From Nitrosomonadales bacterium (GTDB lineage Bacteria > Pseudomonadota > Gammaproteobacteria > Burkholderiales > Gallionellaceae), in NCBI GenBank assembly GCA_016177795.1, contig JACOUM010000003.1, positions 247,857-311,856 of the forward strand: DNA of 64,000 nucleotides, given 5' to 3'. Positions 47,317 through 56,570 of this stretch are shown one piece after another (position 1 is the stretch's first letter; each line of letters starts with the position of its first letter). The notes below the pieces were generated by a model. It was given only the letters and a program-made list of their open reading frames with translations. It was not told the origin of the DNA and made no database searches. The translations under genes were made by a program, and so were the position numbers.

Positions 47317-48060
47317 CTATTCCGAGTCGCGGGCGTAGTAAAGTTTTGACAACGCCTCGCGGCTCATCGGCATCAGTTTGGCGTATTCAGCATCGTAGGC
47401 GCCGCTTTCCACGGCCTTGACCCGCTCTGCCAGCTCCGGGCTGTCCTTGCGCAGGTAGCGGCCATACAGGCGCTTCGCCATGATACCCATCAGGGGCTGC
47501 GTGATTTCGGCCGGGCAACGCAGCATGCACAACCCGCACACCACGCAATCGAAGGACAGGTCCATCACCGCAGCAATATCACCCCGTTTGGCGGCCTGAA
47601 CATAGTCCATGACCTGAAGTCCCTGCGGACAGGACTTGGTACAGGTGTTGCATGCAACACAGCGGAATACTGACGGATACATCTGCTGAATGGCGCTGAC
47701 GTTGGGCTTGAGCTCCTCGATGTCGTAGATCGACTTCTCGGCCGGAACATAGGGGATCTGGGCCAGCGTCATGCCTTCCTCGACCATGGTCATGCAGGCC
47801 AGGCCGGTGTGGATTTTGTAGTCGCCGGGCAGGCGATAGAGGGTGGCGCAGGCACCGCAATAACCCTCACGGCAACCGGCACCACGGACAATCTGATGTC
47901 CGGCGTATTCAATGGCGCCCATGATGGTCGCATCCGCCGGCACCTGGTAGGCCTTGCCCATGATGGAAATCGGAATCAGGCGTTGCTCTGACTTGCTTCG
48001 CCCCCCATCAGCCTGTGAAATCGACAGATTTCTCGTTACCCCTGCCGCCACGCTTGTCAT
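47317..48060 (-). CDS. tfrB: Fumarate reductase Fe-S subunit (TfrB N-terminal-like)
   Basis: GCREGYCGAC..LAC [2Fe-2S]; CVACNTCTKSCP and CVVCGLCMLRCP. Confidence 0.75.
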   Translation of the reverse strand: MTSVAAGVTRNLSISQADGGRSKSEQRLIPISIMGKAYQVPADATIMGAIEYAGHQIVRGAGCREGYCGACATLYRLPGDYKIHTGLACMTMVEEGMTLAQIPYVPAEKSIYDIEELKPNVSAIQQMYPSVFRCVACNTCTKSCPQGLQVMDYVQAAKRGDIAAVMDLSFDCVVCGLCMLRCPAEITQPLMGIMAKRLYGRYLRKDSPELAERVKAVESGAYDAEYAKLMPMSREALSKLYYARDSE

Positions 48061-48203
48061 ATAGATAACCTTTATCTTAATTACCGCATCAGAACCCCTG
48101 ACCGCAACGCGGCCATGGCCAACATCTTTGAATTAGGGGAGGACATCTCTGAGTGAGGTGAGCCTGTCGGCTCCGACACTTCGATTTTTTTAATGCTCGC
48201 CGA

Positions 48204-48233
48204 ATTATAAAGATGTTTGTCAAAAATTGACAA
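48204..48233 (-). promoter_or_regulatory. Sigma70-like promoter of the tfr-hdr-kor-flx-acl operon, overlapped by a palindrome
   Basis: Minus-strand TTGTCA-N18-TATAAT; TTGTCAA-AAA-TTGACAA at 48217-48233. Confidence 0.55.
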
Positions 48234-48454
48234 GCAGATTTACAGAAAAAATATCAGAAATACTGGCGGGTAAAATAAAGACTATTAAATCCCGACAGTT
48301 GGATCACTGCTCACCATTTAGCCAAAGTTATCTGAGACCGTATTGCATTTTTCCGAAACTCAAGCGGTTATTCGCGATTGCCATTTCTTAGATATCAACG
48401 CCCGTTCACCTTTCGACAAGCTCCATAGAACGGGCGGCAATCAATTGCCTGAGA

Positions 48455-51250
48455 TCAGCCTGGTTCCCGGTATTGCTCCTCCAGCAACTTGGCCTGCGCC
48501 GCCGCCAGGCGTGCGATGGGCACGCGCGGACCAGAGCAGGAAACGTAATTGAGCTCGATGTGATGGCAAAAATGGATGGAACCCGGATGCCCGCCATGTT
48601 CGCCGCAGATGCCCATTTTCAAATCCGGGTTGGTTACGCGGCCCTTTGCCACCGCCATTTTCATCAATTGCCCCACCCCCTTGATGTCCAGCACTTCGAA
48701 CGGGTTATCTTCCAGAATACCGGTTTCGTTGTAGGCGGGGAGGAATTTGTTTTCCGCATCCTCGCGGCTGAAGGAGAAGGTGGCTTGGGTCAGATCGTTG
48801 GTACCGAAAGAGAAAAACTCGGCGATTTCCGCCATGCGGCCGGCGCGCACGCAGGCACGCACCACTTCCAGCATCGAGCCAAACTTGAATTGCACCTCGA
48901 TACCGTGGGTTGCTTTCACTTCCTGATGAATGCGCTGGACGTAACTGTGAATGCGCTTGAGCTCTTCCACCGTGGCGACCTGCGGCACCATGATTTCCGG
49001 ATAAATTTCGATACCCTCTTTGGCGCATAGGGCGGCGGCTTCCAGAATCGCCCGTATCTGCATCGAATAAATTTCCGGATAAGTGATACCCAGCCTGACG
49101 CCGCGATGACCCAGCATCGGGTTGACTTCCGCCAGGGCGCGCACCTTTTTCAGGATTTTTTCCTTCTTGGCGATCACGTCTTCTTCCAGGTGTGTTCCCT
49201 TGAAGGTATCCAGGCTGCCCATCAATTTCGTCAGGCCATCGGCATATTGCTGGTAAAGCTTGGGGTTGAGCAGCTTGAGGGTATCGGGCAGCTCTTCCAG
49301 GCCATTGATGGTGTCGCTCAAATGATGCAGGTTCGCTATTTCCAGTTCGAGTTGCGCAGCGGTAGGCAAAAATTCGTGCATCGGCGGGTCGAGCAGGCGC
49401 ACCGTCACCGGCAGCCCCTTCATCGCCTTGAAAATACCCTTGAAGTCGGAACGCTGGATCGGCAGCAGACGGTTCAGCGCAGCCTGCCGGCTTTCTGGGG
49501 TTTCGGCCAGAATCATTTCCTGCACGATCGGCAACCTGTCGGTGCTGTTGAACATGCGCTCGGTGCGGCACAGGCCGATACCCATCGCGCCAAACTCTCT
49601 CGCACGCAAGGCGTCATCAGGCGTATCGGCGTTCGCCATTACCCTCAGTCGCGCCACTTCGTCCGCCCACGCCAGCAGCGTGGCCATTTCCTCGGAAAAT
49701 TCGGCCTCCACCGTCGGCACTTCACCGGCGTAAACATGACCGGTGCCGCCGTCAATGGTAATGACATCGCCTTCCTGCAACGTGGTTTCGCCGATCCGGG
49801 CATTGCGCAAATGGTCGTTAATCACGATCTGATCGCAACCCGAGACACAGGGCTTGCCCATGCCGCGCGCGACCACAGCGGCGTGCGAAGTCTTGCCGCC
49901 ACGGCTGGTCAGAATGCCCTGTGCCTGGAAAAAGCCGTGAATATCCTCCGGCTTGGTTTCCTCGCGCACCAGAATGATTTTTTCGCCGGCGCGACCGCGC
50001 TTTTCGGCAGTGTCGGCATCAAATACAATCTTGCCGGAGGCCGCGCCGGGCGAGGCCGGCAACCCCTGCGCCAATGACCTGCCATGAAAATTCGGCGCCA
50101 GTTGCGGAACCAGCAGCTGTTCCAGTATCGCAGGCTCGACACGCAACAAGGCGCGTTCCTTGGAAATCAATCCCTCATTAAACATTTCCACCGAAGTACG
50201 CACCATGGCGCGGGCATTCATCTTGCCGTTGCGGGTTTGCAGGCAATACAGGATGCCCTTTTCGATGGTGAACTCGAAGTCCTGCACCTCGTGGTAATGC
50301 GACTCCAGCCGGTTGTGCAGTTCCATCAGCTGGCGGTAGATCGCCGGCATTTCCTGTTCCATCTCGGCAATCGCCTTGGGTGTGCGTATCCCCGCCACCA
50401 CATCTTCGCCTTGCGCGTTGACCAGGTATTCGCCGTAAATGAGATTCTCGCCGGTACCGGGATTGCGCGTGAAGCCCACGCCGGTGCCGGAATCATTGCC
50501 CATGTTGCCAAACACCATGGTGCATACATTCACCGCGGTACCGCTTGCCTGATCCTTGGTAATCCTGAACTGTTTGCGATAATCCACTGCACGCTTGCCC
50601 ATCCAGGAGCGGAATACCGCACCCACCGAAATCTCCAACTGCTCATAAGGATCTTGCGGAAACGGCTTGCCGGTCTGTTTCTGAACAATATCCAGAAATT
50701 CGCCCGACAACTCTTTCAGGTGTTCCACATTTAAATCCACATCCAGAGGCGCGCCATATTTGCGCTTGATCGCAGCCATACGCTGATCAAAATGCTCGTC
50801 GCCGATATTGAGCGCGATCTTGCCAAAAAGCTGGATAAAGCGACGATAAGCATCATAGGCAAAGCGAGCATTGCCGGTTTGCTTGATCAAGCCTTGCAGA
50901 GAAGTTTCGTTCAGACCCAGATTGAGAATGGTGTCCATCATTCCCGGCATGGACATGGATGAACCGGAACGCACCGAAACGAGCAAGGGATTCTCGCCAC
51001 TGCCAAATCCCTTGCCGGTTTTTTTTTCGAGTTCCAGCATGTAGACTTTAATGTCCGACATCAAGCCATCCGGCAATTTATTCTTTTCCAGGTAGGCATT
51101 GCATGCATCAGTGGTAATCGTGAAACCGGGAGGGACATTCAGGCCGATCTGGGTCATTTCGCAAAGGTTTGCACCCTTGCCGCCCAGCAGCATCTTGTTT
51201 TTTCCATCACCCTCTTCGAACGAATAAATATACTTCTTGCTGCTTGTCAT
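48455..51250 (-). CDS. ppdK: Pyruvate, phosphate dikinase
   Basis: LGGKGANL, VSVRSG, GGKTSHAAVVARG, FSFGTNDLTQ and GICGEHGG motifs. Confidence 0.96.
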   Translation of the reverse strand: MTSSKKYIYSFEEGDGKNKMLLGGKGANLCEMTQIGLNVPPGFTITTDACNAYLEKNKLPDGLMSDIKVYMLELEKKTGKGFGSGENPLLVSVRSGSSMSMPGMMDTILNLGLNETSLQGLIKQTGNARFAYDAYRRFIQLFGKIALNIGDEHFDQRMAAIKRKYGAPLDVDLNVEHLKELSGEFLDIVQKQTGKPFPQDPYEQLEISVGAVFRSWMGKRAVDYRKQFRITKDQASGTAVNVCTMVFGNMGNDSGTGVGFTRNPGTGENLIYGEYLVNAQGEDVVAGIRTPKAIAEMEQEMPAIYRQLMELHNRLESHYHEVQDFEFTIEKGILYCLQTRNGKMNARAMVRTSVEMFNEGLISKERALLRVEPAILEQLLVPQLAPNFHGRSLAQGLPASPGAASGKIVFDADTAEKRGRAGEKIILVREETKPEDIHGFFQAQGILTSRGGKTSHAAVVARGMGKPCVSGCDQIVINDHLRNARIGETTLQEGDVITIDGGTGHVYAGEVPTVEAEFSEEMATLLAWADEVARLRVMANADTPDDALRAREFGAMGIGLCRTERMFNSTDRLPIVQEMILAETPESRQAALNRLLPIQRSDFKGIFKAMKGLPVTVRLLDPPMHEFLPTAAQLELEIANLHHLSDTINGLEELPDTLKLLNPKLYQQYADGLTKLMGSLDTFKGTHLEEDVIAKKEKILKKVRALAEVNPMLGHRGVRLGITYPEIYSMQIRAILEAAALCAKEGIEIYPEIMVPQVATVEELKRIHSYVQRIHQEVKATHGIEVQFKFGSMLEVVRACVRAGRMAEIAEFFSFGTNDLTQATFSFSREDAENKFLPAYNETGILEDNPFEVLDIKGVGQLMKMAVAKGRVTNPDLKMGICGEHGGHPGSIHFCHHIELNYVSCSGPRVPIARLAAAQAKLLEEQYREPG

Positions 51251-51321
51251 GACACTCCCCATTTCAATTATCGACTTGACCACCCTGCTCCGGATCGACC
51301 GGATTATGCGTCAGCTGGATT

Positions 51322-54300
51322 TTATTTGTCACCCGCCTTGACGCCATCGTCACTGGCCATATGTTCAAAAATCGCATAATGTTTCCGCAATTCCTTGTCG
51401 TAAAACTCCACTGTTTTCCCACTATCGCTGTCCATGGTCTTCACCAGGCCGCGGAAGCGCGGTTCATTCCGGACAAACTCGCGGTAAGACACCGAGGGTT
51501 TCTGCGAATCCAGTGACAGCGGATTCTTGCCTTCCTGCTCGCGGCGCGGATCGTAGCGGTACAACGGCCAGTGGCCGGTGTTGACTGCCAGCTCCTGCTG
51601 ATGGTGTTGCTTGGCCATGTCGTAGCCATGCTCGACGCAGGGGCTGTAGGCAATGATCAGCGACGGGCCATCGAAGGATTCGGCTTCGATGAAAGTCTTC
51701 AACGTATGAATGTCCTTCGCGCCGTAGGCGACATGGGCGACGTAAACATTGCCGTAGCTCATGGCGATCTGCCCCAAGTCCTTCTTGCCGGTAGGCTTGC
51801 CGCCGGCGGCAAATTTGGCCGTGGCGCCGCGCGGCGTGGCCTTGGAACACTGCCCGCCGGTGTTGGAATAGACTTCGGTATCGAGCACCAGGATGTTGAC
51901 GTCGCGCCCGGAAGCCAGCACGTGATCCAGTCCGCCGAAGCCGATGTCGTAAGCCCAGCCGTCGCCGCCGATGATCCATACGCTCTTCTTCGCCAGATAG
52001 TCAGCCAGGCTTTCCAGATTGCGCGCATCGTCGGTGTTGATGTTGACCAGCACCTGGCGCAATGCTTCGATGCGCTCGCGCTGGGCAAAGATGCCCGCTT
52101 CGGCGGACTGGTCGGCATTGAGGATGGATTCGGCCAGCTCGGCGCCGACTTTATCCTTCATCTGCGCCAGCAGTTCGCGCGCCTGCTCGGCATGTTTATC
52201 GATGCTGACGCGGAAACCCAGACCGAATTCGGCATTGTCCTCGAACAGCGAGTTTGACCATGCCGGGCCGCGCCCTTCGGCATTTTTGCTGTAGGGCGTG
52301 GTGGGCAGGTTGCCGCCGTAAATCGATGAGCAGCCGGTGGCGTTGGCCACCACCATGCGGTCGCCGAACAGCTGGGTCGCCAGCTTGATGTAGGGCGTTT
52401 CGCCGCAACCGACGCAGGCGGAAGAAAACTCGAACAGCGGCTGCAACATCATCGCACCCTTGATGGTGGAAGTACGCAGCTTGGTGCGATCGAATTCCGG
52501 CAGCTTGAGGAAGAACTCGAAGTTCTCCTTTTCCTGATCGCGCAACGGCGCGATGTCGCGCATGTTGAGCGCTTTGTAAGTTGGGTCGGTCTTGGACACC
52601 GCCGGACAGATGTCGACGCACAGTGTACAGCCGGTGCAATCCTCCGGCGACACCTGGTAGCTGACATGCATGCCCTGCTCGAATTCCTTGCCCTTGATCT
52701 GAATATGCTTGAAGGTGGGCGGCGCATCCTTGGTTAATTCGACCGGGAACACCTTGGAACGGATAGCGGTATGCGGGCAGACCAGCGGGCACTTGCCGCA
52801 GTAGATGCACAGTTCTTCGTCCCATACCGGAATTTCCAGCGCGAGGTTGCGCTTGTCCCAGATCGCCGTGCCGGTGGGCCAAGTGCCATCGGCAGGCAAC
52901 GCGCTCACCGGCAGGCGGTCGCCACGGCCCGCCATGATCTCGGCAGTGATGCGTTTGACGAAATCCGGCGCATGGGCGCCCACCGGCTCGGGCATTTCGA
53001 AATTGCTGGTGGCGGTGGCCGGAACTTTCACCTGGTGCAGATTGGCAATGGTTTCATCGATCGCCTTCCAGTTGGCTTCCACCACTGCCCGGCCCTTTTT
53101 GCTATAGGACTTCTCGGCAGCGGATTTGATCTTCTCGATTGCCAGTTCACGCGGCAATATGCCGGAAATGGCGAAAAAGCAGGTCTGCATGATGGTGTTG
53201 ATGCGGCTGCCCATGCCGGTTGCCTTGGCGATGGCGTAGGCGTCGATCACGTAGAACTGGATTTTCTTGTCGATGATCTGCTGCTGCATCTTGCGCGTCA
53301 GCAGATTCCACACCTTGTCCGGTGCTGTCGGCGTGTTGACCAGAAACACCGCACCCTCAGCGGCGGAATCCAGCATTTCGTAACGCTCCAGAAAAACCGG
53401 TTGATGGCAGCCGATGAAGCTGGCGCCGTTATTGCCGATCAGGTAGGGCGAGTGAATCGGTTTGGGCGAAAAGCGCAAATGGGAAACCGTGATCGCCCCC
53501 GCCTTTTTCGAGTCATAAACGAAATAGCCCTGGGCGTACAGCTCTGTCTCCTCGCCCATGATCTTGATGGTGTTCTTGTTGGCGCCCACTGTGCCATCCG
53601 AGCCCAGCCCGTAGAACAGGCAGCGGTTCACGCCGATGCTGGCATCGTTGCGGAAATCCGCATCCCACTTCAGGCTGGTATGGGTAACATCGTCAATGAT
53701 GCCGACGGTGAAATGATTCTTCGGCTGGTCTTTTTTCAACTCATCGAACACACCCTTGATCATGCCCGGCGTAAATTCCTTGGAAGACAGTCCATAGCGC
53801 CCACCCACCACACGCGGCATGGCGGCGAATTTACCCGTACCTGCAGTAAAGGCTTCGGCGAACGCCGTCACCACATCCTTGTACAGCGGTTCACCGTCCG
53901 CACCGGGCTCCTTGGTGCGATCAAGCGCGGCAATGCGCCTGGCTGTGGCCGGAATGACCTTGAGCAGTTCGTCGGCCGCGAAGGGGCGATACAGGCGGAC
54001 TTTTACGATACCTACCTTCTCACCATGAGCGACTAGGTGTTCCACCGTTTCCTCCGCCGCATCTGCGCCCGAACCCATCAGGATCATCACCCGCTCGGCA
54101 TCCGGCGCACCGACGTAGTCATACAAATGGTATTGGCGGCCGGTTAGCCTGGCGAATTTATCCATCGCCTTCTGCACGATACCGGGCATCGCGTCGTAAT
54201 AGGCATTGACCGTCTCGCGCGCTTGGAAATATACGTCCGGGTTCTGCGCCGTACCGCGCAGCACCGGATGGTCCGGTGTCAGCGCGCGAGTGCGGTGGGC

Positions 54301-54906
54301 GAATAGCAGCTTGTCATCGATCATCTCGCGCACCACTTCGAGCGGCACCTGCTCGACCTTGGCCACTTCATGGGAAGTGCGGAAGCCGTCGAAGAAATGC
54401 AGGATCGGGATGCGCGCTTCCAGCGTCGCAGCCTGAGCGATCAGCGCCATATCCATGGCTTCCTGCACCGAATTGGAGGCAAGAAAGGCAAAGCCGGTCG
54501 AGCGCGCCGACATCACGTCGCTATGGTCACCGAAAATCGACAGGCCCTGTGCTGCCAAAGAACGCGCCGCCACATGCATGACAAAAGGTGTCAGCTCGCC
54601 GGCGATCTTGTACATATTGGGGATCATCAGCAACAATCCCTGCGAGGCGGTGAAAGTGGTTGTCAGGGAGCCACTCTGCAATGCACCATGCACCGTGCCA
54701 GCGGCGCCGCCCTCGCTTTGCATCGTGATGACTTCCGGAACGGTGCCCCACAGGTTCTTGGTGCCCTCCGCCGACCATGCATCGGAATATTCTCCCATCG
54801 GCGAAGAGGGGGTAATCGGATAAATTGCGATCACTTCGTTGGTCAGATGGGCGATATAGGCAGCAGCCTCATTCCCGTCGATCGTAACCATTTGCGCTTG
54901 ATGCAT
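51322..54906 (-). CDS. nifJ: Pyruvate:ferredoxin/flavodoxin oxidoreductase (single-chain)
   Basis: YPITPSS, two ferredoxin motifs, ACVGCGE, ATGCSSIYG and GGDGWAYDIG; ~1190 aa. Confidence 0.96.
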   Translation of the reverse strand: MHQAQMVTIDGNEAAAYIAHLTNEVIAIYPITPSSPMGEYSDAWSAEGTKNLWGTVPEVITMQSEGGAAGTVHGALQSGSLTTTFTASQGLLLMIPNMYKIAGELTPFVMHVAARSLAAQGLSIFGDHSDVMSARSTGFAFLASNSVQEAMDMALIAQAATLEARIPILHFFDGFRTSHEVAKVEQVPLEVVREMIDDKLLFAHRTRALTPDHPVLRGTAQNPDVYFQARETVNAYYDAMPGIVQKAMDKFARLTGRQYHLYDYVGAPDAERVMILMGSGADAAEETVEHLVAHGEKVGIVKVRLYRPFAADELLKVIPATARRIAALDRTKEPGADGEPLYKDVVTAFAEAFTAGTGKFAAMPRVVGGRYGLSSKEFTPGMIKGVFDELKKDQPKNHFTVGIIDDVTHTSLKWDADFRNDASIGVNRCLFYGLGSDGTVGANKNTIKIMGEETELYAQGYFVYDSKKAGAITVSHLRFSPKPIHSPYLIGNNGASFIGCHQPVFLERYEMLDSAAEGAVFLVNTPTAPDKVWNLLTRKMQQQIIDKKIQFYVIDAYAIAKATGMGSRINTIMQTCFFAISGILPRELAIEKIKSAAEKSYSKKGRAVVEANWKAIDETIANLHQVKVPATATSNFEMPEPVGAHAPDFVKRITAEIMAGRGDRLPVSALPADGTWPTGTAIWDKRNLALEIPVWDEELCIYCGKCPLVCPHTAIRSKVFPVELTKDAPPTFKHIQIKGKEFEQGMHVSYQVSPEDCTGCTLCVDICPAVSKTDPTYKALNMRDIAPLRDQEKENFEFFLKLPEFDRTKLRTSTIKGAMMLQPLFEFSSACVGCGETPYIKLATQLFGDRMVVANATGCSSIYGGNLPTTPYSKNAEGRGPAWSNSLFEDNAEFGLGFRVSIDKHAEQARELLAQMKDKVGAELAESILNADQSAEAGIFAQRERIEALRQVLVNINTDDARNLESLADYLAKKSVWIIGGDGWAYDIGFGGLDHVLASGRDVNILVLDTEVYSNTGGQCSKATPRGATAKFAAGGKPTGKKDLGQIAMSYGNVYVAHVAYGAKDIHTLKTFIEAESFDGPSLIIAYSPCVEHGYDMAKQHHQQELAVNTGHWPLYRYDPRREQEGKNPLSLDSQKPSVSYREFVRNEPRFRGLVKTMDSDSGKTVEFYDKELRKHYAIFEHMASDDGVKAGDK

Positions 54907-55397
54907 CAAAAAAACTCCTTCAGTTAGTATTTATCCAATGTGTCCAGATTACCCGGAGAGTAAACATGGGCCAAACAATTCGTTTTATGGCAACAAGCCT
55001 GAGAATGGCTATGCAAAGCTTGCACGAGAGTCTGCGAGTTGGGCGATAAAACCGCCCACCCCCGCTCACTCCTCTTGATTAATACAGCCCGCTGACAGGC
55101 GTGAAGTTTTGCGGCAAGGTGTCGCAGATTCATACGACCAGCCGGGTAAGCCGCAAGTTTCAGAGAATGTTCATATTCGCCGCGGGCGAACGTGATGCCA
55201 TAACCAGAATCTTGTATCAATCAAAAGACCAGCAAGGACACAAACCAACCGCACCAAGCAAATCCAGCGAGCCTAAAGGCGCATATTCTATCTCAACTTA
55301 TTTATGCTTTGAAGTTTTTTAGTTCCCAATCAATCCAAATCTTACCCTGTACTGCAATTTCGTTTTCCGGGTTTTGCCCTTTAATTTTCAGGGTTAT

Positions 55398-56297
55398 TCA
55401 TACTCTTTTGCTGTCGATCATCTCCTGCACGATCGGCGCGAGAATCACCTCCATCGCAACACTCATCATTCCGCCGGGCACAACCAGTGTATTGGCGCGT
55501 GACATGAACGAATCGGGAATCATGGTCAGCATGTACCGGAAATTCACGCCCCTCGGGTCGCGGAAACGGACGATTACAAAACTCTCGTCAAGAGTCGGCA
55601 CATCGCGTGCGATGAACGGGTTCGAGGTATCCACCGTCGCTATACGCTGAAAATTGATATGGGTTCTGGAAAATTGCGGGGTGACGTACTTGATGTAGTC
55701 CGGCATACGACGCAGGATGGTATCCACCGTCGCCTCAGTGGAATAACCGCGCTCTGCCTTGTCGCGATGAATCTTCTGGATCCATTCCAGATTGACTACC
55801 GGCACCACGCCAACACCAAAATCCACATATCGTCCAACGTCAATATTGCTGGCTTCGTCAGTCACCAGGCCATGCAGCCCCTCGTAAATCAACAGGTCGG
55901 AATCCGCCTCAATATCTTCCCACGGCGTAAATATGCCCGGTTTCAGATCGGTCAGGCCAAAGTGCTTGTTGTGCCTGTCGGCTTCGGCCTCGTTATGCAC
56001 GTAGTAACGCCGCTTGCACATGCCGGTTTCACCATAGCTCCTGAACGTTTCTTCAAGCTTGTCGAAATAATTGGCTTCCGGGCCAAAATGGCTGAAGCTG
56101 TTGTCGCCCAACTCGGCCGCCTCGTTTGCCGCCGCGTGAAACGCCATACGGTCCAGACTGTGCAGACTGGCGCCTTCGATGAACGCCGCCCGAACCTTTA
56201 TTTCGCGACGAAACAGGTTTTCAAAAGCATGCCTTACTGCCGGGGTGCCGGCACCGGATGAACCGGTGACTGCAATGATCGGGTGCTTGCGCGACAT
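55398..56297 (-). CDS. prk: Phosphoribulokinase homologue (proteobacterial class) with substituted catalytic residues
   Basis: MSRKHPIIAVTGSSGAGT, SHFGPEAN, YEGLHG, WIQKIHRD and VDTSNPF motifs; EGD changed to EGA, P-loop reads GTPA. Confidence 0.88.
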   Translation of the reverse strand: MSRKHPIIAVTGSSGAGTPAVRHAFENLFRREIKVRAAFIEGASLHSLDRMAFHAAANEAAELGDNSFSHFGPEANYFDKLEETFRSYGETGMCKRRYYVHNEAEADRHNKHFGLTDLKPGIFTPWEDIEADSDLLIYEGLHGLVTDEASNIDVGRYVDFGVGVVPVVNLEWIQKIHRDKAERGYSTEATVDTILRRMPDYIKYVTPQFSRTHINFQRIATVDTSNPFIARDVPTLDESFVIVRFRDPRGVNFRYMLTMIPDSFMSRANTLVVPGGMMSVAMEVILAPIVQEMIDSKRV

Positions 56298-56389
56298 AAT
56301 GCCCCCCCTGAAACAATGTGAATGAGACTCTGAGTGCAGGCAGTGATTCTATAACATTGCGCACAACTACGGCGACGACCGATTCTTAA

Positions 56390-56418
56390 AAGCTGTCTCT
56401 ATATATTAGAGACAGCTT
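56390..56418. repeat. Perfect 12-5-12 inverted repeat between divergent prk and pycA
   Basis: AAGCTGTCTCTA-tatat-TAGAGACAGCTT. Confidence 0.75.
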
Positions 56419-56570
56419 CCTGGTCAATTCGAATTAGCATTGAGCACAGCAGGATGATGCCGCTATAATGCCGCGGTCAAAAACCCGGGTCGCAGTTTCC
56501 ATAATAATAATATGCAACCCAACTATCGTTTGGCCGGATACTCTGCATTTGGCCAAACCCAGGATAATTT

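Noticed and set aside
54924-55397. Small ORFs and an FNR box upstream of nifJ
   Set aside because: ORFs lack recognisable motifs; only half-sites (TTGAT or ATCAA) are present, with no full TTGAT-N4-ATCAA
56390-56418. CTGTCTCT resembles the Tn5/Nextera mosaic end
   Set aside because: Only 8 nt match; the rest differs and forms a perfect genomic palindrome
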